This document shows, piece by piece, positions 7,693 through 16,283 of a DNA stretch of 26,122 nucleotides (positions within the stretch are counted from its first letter, which is position 1; the number at the start of each line of letters is the position of its first letter). Source of the DNA: a virus (Duplodnaviria; Caudoviricetes); the IMG/VR virus record IMGVR_UViG_3300030376_005596, positions 1 through 26,122 of that record. One strand, given 5' to 3'. The translations under genes were made by a program, and so were the position numbers. The notes under the pieces are model-generated. The model did not search any database. It was not told where the DNA came from and saw only the letters and a list, made by a program, of their open reading frames with translations.

Positions 7693-9365
7693 TCTGTAGA
7701 AAATGTATTGCTATAAAGGCTGTCGTATTCCCTAACCATACGATCCCAGCTGGTCAAACCGCCTGTTGTTTTTTGAGCTGTTGCATATCCTCCTAGCCTT
7801 CTAGCCATTTCAACAACTAAAGTTACAGCATCAGCAAAGTCAGGAGATTTTCCTGTTCTAGCTTTCATTTCAACCTTTCTTTCAATGATCGTCATTCTTT
7901 TTTCATCATCAAACATACGAGAGCAAAACTCAATAACTGCATCGTGCTGCATTCCTCTCAACTGCTCGTTAATCACCCATTGACGAACACTAAACCAAAG
8001 CTCTGTAACTTTGTTGCCATAAACATCACTACTTTTTCTGTAATCTTCTGGAGAAACTGGCCTGTCACTAGCTTTGCCACCAAACTCAACTCTTTGAATA
8101 GCTGGACTCCAAACTTTAGCTAAAATATCACATAACCCCCCACCTTCTCCAGTAGCGTCTACAGCCAAATGTTGAGGTAAAACCTTATTTTCTTCGCAAA
8201 TCTGTTGAACTCGGTTTGCTATTTGAAAATGAACAGGCTCAGAAGATTGGGCATCAATTTCTATAATTTCATTGCGCTCCAGCTGTATTCCCATCTTGCC
8301 ATTATCAAAATCTCCATACCTAGCTAGCTGGATAACACATCTATCGCCACCGTTAAAAGCTGGGTCTAATCCAGCAACCATATAGCTTTGTTTTGCAAAG
8401 ACAGCTGGCATCATAACTCTGTATTTTTCTACTAAATTTTCACTTAATACTGTTTTACAGACCCCTTCCGGCGACCACATACCGCGAGTATATTTCCAGA
8501 ACTTAGGAGAATCTTCGCCGTCATACTTCTGAGCTTGGCGTACTTGGTCTTCATTAATTAAAAATTCATACTTTGTTTTTCCAGCTAGCATATTGGGGGA
8601 TTTCATCCCGTCAAAACGGACACAAATTCCACGCTCAGTTTCCCATTCTTCATCTTCAATACTTACAGATGACCACCCTTTTTTGGGAGTTGCAAACCTG
8701 CCGTGTTGGTCGAATTTGCTGTGAGGGTTTCCAATTGCTAAGAATTTAAACTCTCTAGTACCTTTTTGAAGGTTAGAGCAAGCTTCAAAAGCCGCTTCTG
8801 GCGTGTCAGTGGCTTCGTCAACTATGACCATAGTGCGAGGAGAGCGAATACCTTGAATGTTTGCGACTGCTTTTGATGTCGCCCCGTCTAAAACTGGTAT
8901 AGCAAATATAGCGTGTTTATCGTCACCCCTTATGGCTTGTAGTGTTGTTTTACTGTCTACCATATGTGACGGATAGCCTCCAGTGCAGGTTCGGTATAGG
9001 TCTTGGATTACTGGCCAAGCACGTTTCCGAATCATTTTAGCTGTAGTCGAAGTAAGAATTACTGAAGTTTGCAAAGGAGCAGCTAAAAAATACACCATAG
9101 TATAAAGACTAGCTGCATAAGTCTTCCCGCTTGCACCACAACCAGACCAGCAAACCCACTGATTTTCACATAAAGATTCGATTTGTTTTTCTAGCCACGG
9201 GTTCCATATTAACTTAGGCCATAAAAGGTTCGCAGCATTTTTAAAGTGCTTAAACGCCCCTAGCCCTCCCTTTTCGGGGGAGTGGTTAATGCGAAATGCG
9301 TACAACTCTAGCTCGATGTCATTTAGTTGCACGTCAAACGCCAAGCCGTACTTATGCTTAATCAA
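7689..9365 (-). CDS. terL: Terminase large subunit (558 aa, TTG start uncertain)
   Basis: Walker A GCGASGKT, Walker B VIVDEA, motif III IGNP, RNase H-like nuclease motifs GLDPAFNGGD, AVDATG and SPDFADA. Confidence 0.92.
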   Translation of the reverse strand: MIKHKYGLAFDVQLNDIELELYAFRINHSPEKGGLGAFKHFKNAANLLWPKLIWNPWLEKQIESLCENQWVCWSGCGASGKTYAASLYTMVYFLAAPLQTSVILTSTTAKMIRKRAWPVIQDLYRTCTGGYPSHMVDSKTTLQAIRGDDKHAIFAIPVLDGATSKAVANIQGIRSPRTMVIVDEATDTPEAAFEACSNLQKGTREFKFLAIGNPHSKFDQHGRFATPKKGWSSVSIEDEEWETERGICVRFDGMKSPNMLAGKTKYEFLINEDQVRQAQKYDGEDSPKFWKYTRGMWSPEGVCKTVLSENLVEKYRVMMPAVFAKQSYMVAGLDPAFNGGDRCVIQLARYGDFDNGKMGIQLERNEIIEIDAQSSEPVHFQIANRVQQICEENKVLPQHLAVDATGEGGGLCDILAKVWSPAIQRVEFGGKASDRPVSPEDYRKSSDVYGNKVTELWFSVRQWVINEQLRGMQHDAVIEFCSRMFDDEKRMTIIERKVEMKARTGKSPDFADAVTLVVEMARRLGGYATAQKTTGGLTSWDRMVREYDSLYSNTFSTE

Positions 9366-9449
9366 ACCGTTTGACAGTTGAGGCGTAACCTATAGGTAAT
9401 AAACCTCTATAGGGATTAATCCCTCATAAATTTAATTAGCTGTCAAACG
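9366..9449. promoter_or_regulatory. Divergent promoter region between head and tail blocks
   Basis: Inverted repeat CGTTTGACAG (9368-9377) / CTGTCAAACG (9440-9449), each with a TTGACA facing inward; internal palindromes ACCTATAGGT (9388-9397) and AGGGATTAATCCCT (9411-9424). No consensus -10 at 17-bp spacing. Confidence 0.7.
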
Positions 9450-10550
9450 ATGGGTATAATATTAAATCAAAACACGGACTGCTGCGAAACCACTTGCACT
9501 ACAACAACAACTGGAGCTACTGGCCCAACTGGGGCGACAGGGGCAACTGGTGCAACTGGGGCAACTGGGTCAGCTGGGGCAGCTGGGATTAGTGCATTTA
9601 CTACAACTACAAGCGGAAACAGTGTTACTAAACCGGAGTCAAGCGCAACAGCTGTTCTAAATGTAGAAGAATCTGGAGCTTTTTCTGTAGGCCAATTGGT
9701 TTTTATTACTGGGTTCGGGTATCACGAAGTAACGGCTGTGGCTACTGGTCAAATGACCGTTAAGAATCTTGGTTACGCTGTGAATAGCACAAGCGGAATT
9801 ACTGGGGGATCAGACACAGGAGCTACAATAGGCGGTTTAGTTAAAATTTCTCCAGCTGGAATTATAGGCACAACAGGAGCTTCTGGTAGTGGGACAAGTG
9901 GGCTTGATACCGCAGGTCAGCTTGTTACTTACGATTCTAGTCAAACAATTTTAGATGTTGGAAGTAATAATCACGCTTTATTTGTAAACACCAGCCTTGG
10001 GAAAAAACTTAATTGGAGACAGCCAGCTTTTACTGATCTAAGTGGAACATTAAATTTATCAACTCAAACAGCTGCATCTCCGCAGCTGGAACTTGCTAAA
10101 TTAGGAAACGCTGGTGGGGCCGCTGGCGATATAGCTTATTGGAACGGTTCTGCTTGGACTAGACTTGCTAAAGGGTCAAACAATCAATACTTAGTGTTTG
10201 ATACCGCAAACGTAAAACCTAAATGGAGCAGCGTAGATCAAGACGGTGTAATCACAGCTAGAGGGAGTATGCAATATGCCCATAGCGGCACTCTTTTAAA
10301 TATAATGGCTGGCTTTAATATAGCCGGAACAAGTAATTCTAGCGATGGTGGGTCAGGAAAGCTTTTTACAGTTAACTTTACCAACGACTTGCCAACCAGT
10401 ACGCCAACTGTAGTTATAGGTGCTAGAAATGTTTATGCTACAGACATATATGTTTCATCAATAACCGCAACAGGAAGCGGAAGAGGTATTGTTTTTGCAA
10501 ACGCAACAACAGCAGATGCACACTGGGACTTTGTAATTTACTCGTCTTAA
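9450..10550 (+). CDS. Collagen-repeat fibre / virion structural protein (366 aa)
   Basis: Eight G-X-Y triplets (GATGPTGATGATGATGATGSAGAAG, 9513-9587); fibre-type motif GDIAYWNGSAWTRLAKGSNNQYL; Gly/Ser/Thr-rich; C-terminal FTVNFTNDLP..PTVV domain. Confidence 0.75.
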   Translation: MGIILNQNTDCCETTCTTTTTGATGPTGATGATGATGATGSAGAAGISAFTTTTSGNSVTKPESSATAVLNVEESGAFSVGQLVFITGFGYHEVTAVATGQMTVKNLGYAVNSTSGITGGSDTGATIGGLVKISPAGIIGTTGASGSGTSGLDTAGQLVTYDSSQTILDVGSNNHALFVNTSLGKKLNWRQPAFTDLSGTLNLSTQTAASPQLELAKLGNAGGAAGDIAYWNGSAWTRLAKGSNNQYLVFDTANVKPKWSSVDQDGVITARGSMQYAHSGTLLNIMAGFNIAGTSNSSDGGSGKLFTVNFTNDLPTSTPTVVIGARNVYATDIYVSSITATGSGRGIVFANATTADAHWDFVIYSS

Positions 10551-12628
10551 TGCCAGTTATAGATCAACAGCGAATCAGCGACGGGTTCCTTACGCTGGAA
10601 CGAGGAATTGACGCTGGGAAATCACCTAATTTACTTTCTAGAAATCAAGCTAGTTTTGCCGTTAACGCAACAATGCGTGGGGGTTACGTTAAGACTAGGC
10701 CCGGTTTTGAAAATATTCCTTTAGTCTTTACCGCTAACTGCAAGTGGAAAGCTGAAGAAATGCAGGAAAACTTTAAGACAGGAAAATACCACGGAGCTTA
10801 CAATTATAACTTTAGAGGTAATAATTATTTAGTGTGTGCTATAGGCGGAGCTATTTATAAAATAGACCCAAGAGTTCGCCCTATACAAAAAAAACAATGG
10901 CTAACAGGCCCAGCTGTTGAAAAAACTTTAGGAGCGGAGGTTCAAGATATAACCCCTAAAAAAAGCCAAACCTATAACATTGCTGTAAATAATTCATCTG
11001 GATATTCAACAGCAAGCTATCCTAGCAGCGGGTCTGGAATAACAATAACAGCTCTTCCATCTGGGATGGAAAGCGGAGAAATAATTACATTTAATAACGG
11101 GGGAGTTTTAACTTTAAGTGCAGATGCGGCAAAAGATGCTACAACTGTTTACGGAACATTAACTGGAGCAAATATTGTTAATGATGAAATAGGCGAGTTT
11201 GAAATAAAAATAGCAGATAAAAACCCTTCAGATATTCCTGTTTATTATTTCCAACAAGCAGAGCAATATTTAATAATTCAAGACGGTAGAAGTTTGCCTG
11301 TTATTTTTAATGGAGCTTCATCTAGGAGATCGAACCTAGCTGATAACGAAGTCCCAGTAGGTCAAGCAATGGCTTACGGCAACGGAAGGCTTTGGGTTTC
11401 AAGAGGTAGAGAATTTGTTGCTGGAGATATAGTTGGAGGCCCTACTAGCGTAGTTCAGTTTACTGAAAATACATACATTGCTGAAGGCGGAGCTTTTGCT
11501 GTGCCTTTAAATACTGGTGATATAACGGCAATGAAGTTTATGAATCAACCTGACAGCTCTCTTGGTCAGGGTGAACTTTTAGTTCACACAGATAAGGCTG
11601 TGTTTGCTGTAAATGTTCCAACCAGTAGGGATGATTGGAAAAAAACAAGTTACCCAACAGTTAGAATTGTTGCTATTAATTATGGGTCAGTAAGTGATCG
11701 AAGTAACGCCTTAGTAAACGGCGATATGTTCTACAGAGCTACCGACGGAATAAGAAGTTACGTTTCGAGTCGAAGAGAGTGGAAAGAATATGGCCAAATT
11801 CCAATAAGCAGAGAAATAGGGCCATTAATAGCTAATGAACAAAAGCGCAATATTTCTGGAATATCCAGCTCTGTACTTTTTGAAAATAGGCTTTTAACAA
11901 CAATCAGCCCAGACACTAACAGCAGTCAGGGAACATTTTTTAAAGGACTAGCTGTTTTAGATTTTGATTTAGTTGGTGGTAATGGGCAAAAAAGCCCAGC
12001 TGCTTGGGAAGGAATTTGGACGGGGTTAAATTTCTTGGAACTTGTTGGAGCGGAGATAGACAAAGAATCTCGATGTTTTGTTTTTGCGCTAGACGGAAAT
12101 TGCAGAATACAACTCTGGGATTTAACTAAAAACGGAAAAGGAGATATAACCTACGGAACAGACGGAGACGGCAAACTGGTTTCAAGTAAAAACAGAATAC
12201 AATGTTACGTTGAAACTTCTAGCTACTCTTTTGAGAATCCTTTTGAATTGAAAAAACTTGAGTATGGAGAGATGTGGATTGATGAGTTAGAAGGGGAGGT
12301 AGATTTTGATATTAAATACAAACCAAACCAATACCCAGCTTGGGTTAATTGGTCTGAGTTTAGCGAGTGTGCTAAAATAGAAACTTGTGGAACAAACACT
12401 ACCTGCACATTAAACAATTACAAACCTCAATACAGAACCAGAAGAAGATTGCCTCAACCGACTGACGATTGTGAGTCTACAAATGGTGCGCCAATGCGTA
12501 ACGGCTATGAAATTTCCGCTAGAATAGGGTGGACGGGTCAGGCTAGATTAAAAGGGTTTAGGTTACACGCTTATCCAGTTATTGAAGAACCTTACGGAGA
12601 TTGCCTAGAGTTTGGAAACTGCACATAA
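10550..12628 (+). CDS. Tail nozzle / stabilisation protein (T7 gp12 / P22 gp10-like, 692 aa)
   Basis: N-terminal GID..SP..L..NQASFAVN..RGG.VKTRPG pattern, beta-propeller-like repeats (YGNGRLWV, FENRLL), C-terminal beta domain; size fits; TAATG coupling to the previous gene. Confidence 0.7.
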   Translation: MPVIDQQRISDGFLTLERGIDAGKSPNLLSRNQASFAVNATMRGGYVKTRPGFENIPLVFTANCKWKAEEMQENFKTGKYHGAYNYNFRGNNYLVCAIGGAIYKIDPRVRPIQKKQWLTGPAVEKTLGAEVQDITPKKSQTYNIAVNNSSGYSTASYPSSGSGITITALPSGMESGEIITFNNGGVLTLSADAAKDATTVYGTLTGANIVNDEIGEFEIKIADKNPSDIPVYYFQQAEQYLIIQDGRSLPVIFNGASSRRSNLADNEVPVGQAMAYGNGRLWVSRGREFVAGDIVGGPTSVVQFTENTYIAEGGAFAVPLNTGDITAMKFMNQPDSSLGQGELLVHTDKAVFAVNVPTSRDDWKKTSYPTVRIVAINYGSVSDRSNALVNGDMFYRATDGIRSYVSSRREWKEYGQIPISREIGPLIANEQKRNISGISSSVLFENRLLTTISPDTNSSQGTFFKGLAVLDFDLVGGNGQKSPAAWEGIWTGLNFLELVGAEIDKESRCFVFALDGNCRIQLWDLTKNGKGDITYGTDGDGKLVSSKNRIQCYVETSSYSFENPFELKKLEYGEMWIDELEGEVDFDIKYKPNQYPAWVNWSEFSECAKIETCGTNTTCTLNNYKPQYRTRRRLPQPTDDCESTNGAPMRNGYEISARIGWTGQARLKGFRLHAYPVIEEPYGDCLEFGNCT

Positions 12629-12633
12629 ATAAT

Positions 12634-12783
12634 ATGACATATAAAGAATTAATCATTGATTGCACGACAATCACAGAGCAAGACCCTTACAATTACGGAA
12701 GAGGGAGTAATTTTACTGTAAACTGTAATGAAAATATAGCTTACAAATCATCAGACGAAACATCAAATTGCGTAGAAGATTAA
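12634..12783 (+). CDS. Small hypothetical protein (49 aa, 3 Cys)
   Basis: ATG at 12634 fills the gap between nozzle stop (12628) and next start (12785); preferred over the TTG start at 12601. Confidence 0.55.
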   Translation: MTYKELIIDCTTITEQDPYNYGRGSNFTVNCNENIAYKSSDETSNCVED

Positions 12784-12784
12784 A

Positions 12785-13498
12785 ATGGCAACCAATGTAA
12801 TACTAAACAAAGGAGAAATACCTAGCAACAGTTGTTTTACAACTGTTTCTGCTTTGTATGATTTATTTATTAATTCTACTTCAGCTGAAGTAGCTGGAGA
12901 TTATTCTCTTTTTAATTTTGGAGACACTATTCCTTCAGCTGAAGATACTGATAAGCCTTGGATAAGGACTATAGCTGGTCAACCAGATAGACTTTACTAC
13001 TACTACAACGGGGCTTGGGTTTCTAAACATCCTGTTCCTTATGTAGCTGGGGCTTCTGGTGAAAGAAAAATTTATGTAGGAGCGTTAGGTGATATTGATA
13101 CTTATGATGGAGGGTCTAGCGGGAGCGTAACCTTAACAACTGGGCCTTTTTGGGAAAGAGATATTGAGTTTAATGCTAAATTTCCTGTTGGAATTGGTAA
13201 TACTGAAAATGGAACAGAAATAACAGAAGCCTCTAAAACTGGAGGATCAGATCAAACTGTTCTTCAAGAATCAAACCTGCCTCCCCACGATCACGATGTT
13301 ATTTACAATCCTAGAGGTTTTGAAACAGGTAGTATTAATACGGGAAGTGCTGAAGGAAGCTTTAAAGTAGGGACAGGAAAAGCTGGGGGTATGGTTATAG
13401 CTGGCGGAGCGCAAAGTTCAGATGCTTTTACAAACTTGCCCCCTTATTATGGTGTTTACTTTATTAAACGAACAGCAAGAGTTTATTACACAGTATAA
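12785..13498 (+). CDS. Tail collar / short fibre-type protein (237 aa)
   Basis: Motifs KFPVGIG...TGGSDQTVLQESNLPPHDH...NLPPYYGVYFIKRT are characteristic of phage tail-collar and T4 gp10/gp12-like C-terminal regions. Confidence 0.75.
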   Translation: MATNVILNKGEIPSNSCFTTVSALYDLFINSTSAEVAGDYSLFNFGDTIPSAEDTDKPWIRTIAGQPDRLYYYYNGAWVSKHPVPYVAGASGERKIYVGALGDIDTYDGGSSGSVTLTTGPFWERDIEFNAKFPVGIGNTENGTEITEASKTGGSDQTVLQESNLPPHDHDVIYNPRGFETGSINTGSAEGSFKVGTGKAGGMVIAGGAQSSDAFTNLPPYYGVYFIKRTARVYYTV

Positions 13499-14511
13499 TG
13501 AAAGTTACTCTCGGAGACGCAAAAACCAGAATTGCAAAGCATCTTAATCTTTGCTCTACGGATGCTCGCACCACTGAGTACATCAACGAAGCGCAGCGTC
13601 GCTTGATCGAGAGCGGTAAGTGGAAAGGTACATACGGCAAATTTAATATCTGTGTTACAGATGGGTGCATTTGTTGGCCTAGACAAATAGAAACAATTGA
13701 GTCCGTAGCTGTTAAACAAAACCCCGGAATTGTTCGCAATGGTTGGTTTGAGTTTGTTGAAAGTGGCTACGGCCTTCTTGATAATAAAGATAACATTGGC
13801 TACCAGCTGTTAGACAGAGGAGAAGCCCCCACTCACAAAGATTTATCTGGTGCTGGTAAAAAAATAAGAGTTTACGGAACTACAGAAGCAGACGTAGGCA
13901 AAACAATTACCATTAAAGGTTATGATTCAAATGATAACTGGGTAAGGACAATTAAAAGTGGGGCCGGAGCTACAGCGGTTTATCAAGATGGAAGAGTTGT
14001 AACATTAGTTTCTCCTTCTGCTGGCACGCCTTACGCTACTACTACCGATTTATTTAAAAGCATAACTAGCGTCACAAAAGATGTAACTCAGGGTGATGTT
14101 ATACTTTATGAACTAACAGATGAAAGTGCTGGAACTATTGTTGAGGTAGCTGAATATCAACCAGATGAAACTATACCTGCTTACCGTAGGTCGCTTATAC
14201 CAAAATTAGGTGGAGCATCTTCTGGGTGTGACAGTGTGGCCGTAACAGTAATAGCAAAGCTTAGATTTATTAACGCTGTAAATGATACAGATATATTAAT
14301 GGTAAGTGATACTTACGCTATTAAAAATATGGCAATAGCAATCAAGCTTGAAGAAAATAGAGATTTTGGTGCAGCCTCAGAATACCGCAATCTGGCCTTT
14401 GATTCTCTTCAGAATCAACTAGCAAATCATATGGGTGATGGGGTTGTACCTGTTTTACAAATGACAAACTTAAACACACACGGTGGTGGTGGAATAGAAA
14501 GCGTAATATAA
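13498..14511 (+). CDS. Head-to-tail adaptor (tail tubular protein A-like, 337 aa)
   Basis: N-terminal TLGDAKTRI...YINEAQRRL helix pair and C-terminal helical hairpin (AIKNMAIAIKLEE..A.EY..LA..L) around a beta-rich middle; TAATG overlaps on both sides. Confidence 0.6.
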   Translation: MKVTLGDAKTRIAKHLNLCSTDARTTEYINEAQRRLIESGKWKGTYGKFNICVTDGCICWPRQIETIESVAVKQNPGIVRNGWFEFVESGYGLLDNKDNIGYQLLDRGEAPTHKDLSGAGKKIRVYGTTEADVGKTITIKGYDSNDNWVRTIKSGAGATAVYQDGRVVTLVSPSAGTPYATTTDLFKSITSVTKDVTQGDVILYELTDESAGTIVEVAEYQPDETIPAYRRSLIPKLGGASSGCDSVAVTVIAKLRFINAVNDTDILMVSDTYAIKNMAIAIKLEENRDFGAASEYRNLAFDSLQNQLANHMGDGVVPVLQMTNLNTHGGGGIESVI

Positions 14512-15326
14512 TGGCAGTAGCAGCATTAGCAGCAGGACTAGGAGCAAGCCTTTTGAAAAAAGGGCCAAAGATTCCTAAATACAAAAAGGTAGATCAAACA
14601 GCAGAACAAACTGCTGCAATAGAAGGCAACTTAGCTAACTTTGCACAAGCCAGAGAGTTGGCAGCTAGGACAAGTGCAGCTGACCAAGAAATACTTGAGG
14701 CAAATCTTGAATCAGCAATGCCCGGTTATAGAAATTTAATATCTGGGGCAAGCGGTGCAATTGGTAGTATGATTGCAGGAAACCTTCCTATGGCTGACCA
14801 AGGTATGATTATGCGAAGGGCAGCTGAAGGCGGTGTAGGTATGGGGTTAGGTGGAAGCCAAGCTGGAAGAAATCTTGTTGCTAGGGACTTAGGGCTTAGT
14901 CAGCTAAGTATGACTCAAGCTGGATTAGGAGCGTTGAATCCTTTTATGTCAACAGTAAGAAGCACGTCTGTCGCTAGTCCTATGGCTGTTGGATCATCTT
15001 TTCTTAGTCCAGAAAACAGGGTTGGAAGGGCAATTCAAGAAAACCAATTCGCTTATCAAGCAGCTGTCGGAAAAGCAAAGTCTGACGCAGCTAATAACCC
15101 TTTTAATAGAGCAATGAATTTTGTATCTGGAGCAGCTGGAATGTACGCTGGTAACTTTGGTATGGGTCAGGGGCTGGCCGCTGGTATGGGCGGCGGTGGC
15201 GGTGGTGGCGGAGGAGGTTTTATGTCCGGCATCAAGTCTGGACTTGGAAGAATTTTCGGGGGAAGCGGTGCTGCTCCAACTGTAGTGTCACCAAGTCACG
15301 GTGGTTACTTTAATAGACCTAATTAG
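14511..15326 (+). CDS. Putative ejection (internal virion) protein 1 (271 aa)
   Basis: Ala/Gly/Met/Gln-rich, hydrophobic N-terminus followed by a Lys cluster, Gly10 run (15189-15218), no Cys; first of three genes after the tail, as with T7 gp14 and P22 gp7. Confidence 0.6.
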   Translation: MAVAALAAGLGASLLKKGPKIPKYKKVDQTAEQTAAIEGNLANFAQARELAARTSAADQEILEANLESAMPGYRNLISGASGAIGSMIAGNLPMADQGMIMRRAAEGGVGMGLGGSQAGRNLVARDLGLSQLSMTQAGLGALNPFMSTVRSTSVASPMAVGSSFLSPENRVGRAIQENQFAYQAAVGKAKSDAANNPFNRAMNFVSGAAGMYAGNFGMGQGLAAGMGGGGGGGGGGFMSGIKSGLGRIFGGSGAAPTVVSPSHGGYFNRPN

Positions 15327-15335
15327 TTAATAAAA

Positions 15336-16274
15336 ATGGCTGAACCAGTAGATTATTTTATGCAGGGCGTAGGGCTGGGACAACGATCTCGGTCTATTCG
15401 CAATCAAGAAGATCAATTTCGCACTAACTTAGCTGAACGTGCTAGGCAATTTGATTTAAGCAACGACATTGCTCAATCAAATCTACAGCTAAGACAAAAA
15501 GAATTTACTTTGCAGCAGGAAAACTCTGTCATTGATAACAGATACAAAACTGCTAACTCTATAAGACTAGAAGCTGCTAATCAGACAAACAAAAGACTAG
15601 CTGACGAAGCTGTTCAGTTTGCTCCTAATTTGTCGTCTTATAATGATGAATTAAACCTGTGGGACGGGTTAGGAGCAGTTCCAAAAATCCCTTCTGGATT
15701 GCCTCTAGCTCAAAGAAAAGAAGCTGAGTCAATGAGAGACGGAGCAATAGAAGCTTCAAAAGTAGATGAATATGTTAGAATCCAAAAAGAATGGAACGCT
15801 ACTCAACAAAAAATTTGGATAGAAGATTATAATTGGGCAAAAGAAAATGCTCCAAATTTAATTACATCAAACGAAAGAGGAGAACCTTATTACGATCCGA
15901 AGCAAGTCCAAACCGCCAGAAAACAAATGGCTGCATATAAAGCAATGGTGTTTGGGCAGACAGGATTAAGCCCAGATACTTTTGTTGTCGAAACAGACTT
16001 AGGGGGAGGAAGGAAAAGTAGGGCTACATTTAAACAGCCAGAACCAAAAGCAACTGTTAGAACTCAGCTTTTAGGTAAAAATATAAGCGACTTTATGGAT
16101 GAAGATGGGAACTTTAACCGAGACGCTTTTGAAGAAGCTCTTAAAGCCTTAACTCCTTTAAGAACAAATGAAGCGTCTGTTAACAATACTACAATTGATT
16201 TCAATAGGCTCCGTAACCCAAGAACCCCAAGAGAAGAGGGAGATCCGACAGCAACAGAAATGAATCGACCATAA
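15336..16274 (+). CDS. Putative ejection (internal virion) protein 2 (312 aa)
   Basis: FMQGVGLG start followed by Gln/Arg/Glu coiled coil (ERARQFD); no Cys; position between ejection protein 1 and the giant protein. Confidence 0.55.
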   Translation: MAEPVDYFMQGVGLGQRSRSIRNQEDQFRTNLAERARQFDLSNDIAQSNLQLRQKEFTLQQENSVIDNRYKTANSIRLEAANQTNKRLADEAVQFAPNLSSYNDELNLWDGLGAVPKIPSGLPLAQRKEAESMRDGAIEASKVDEYVRIQKEWNATQQKIWIEDYNWAKENAPNLITSNERGEPYYDPKQVQTARKQMAAYKAMVFGQTGLSPDTFVVETDLGGGRKSRATFKQPEPKATVRTQLLGKNISDFMDEDGNFNRDAFEEALKALTPLRTNEASVNNTTIDFNRLRNPRTPREEGDPTATEMNRP

Positions 16275-16283
16275 TTATATTAT

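Noticed and set aside
9397-9415. T7/T3-like promoter TAATAAACCTCTATAGGGA
   Set aside because: It is two bases shorter than the T7 consensus, the specificity region differs, and it is not repeated before other genes. The CTATAGGG at 3300-3307 faces against the local genes, and no phage RNA polymerase is in the window.
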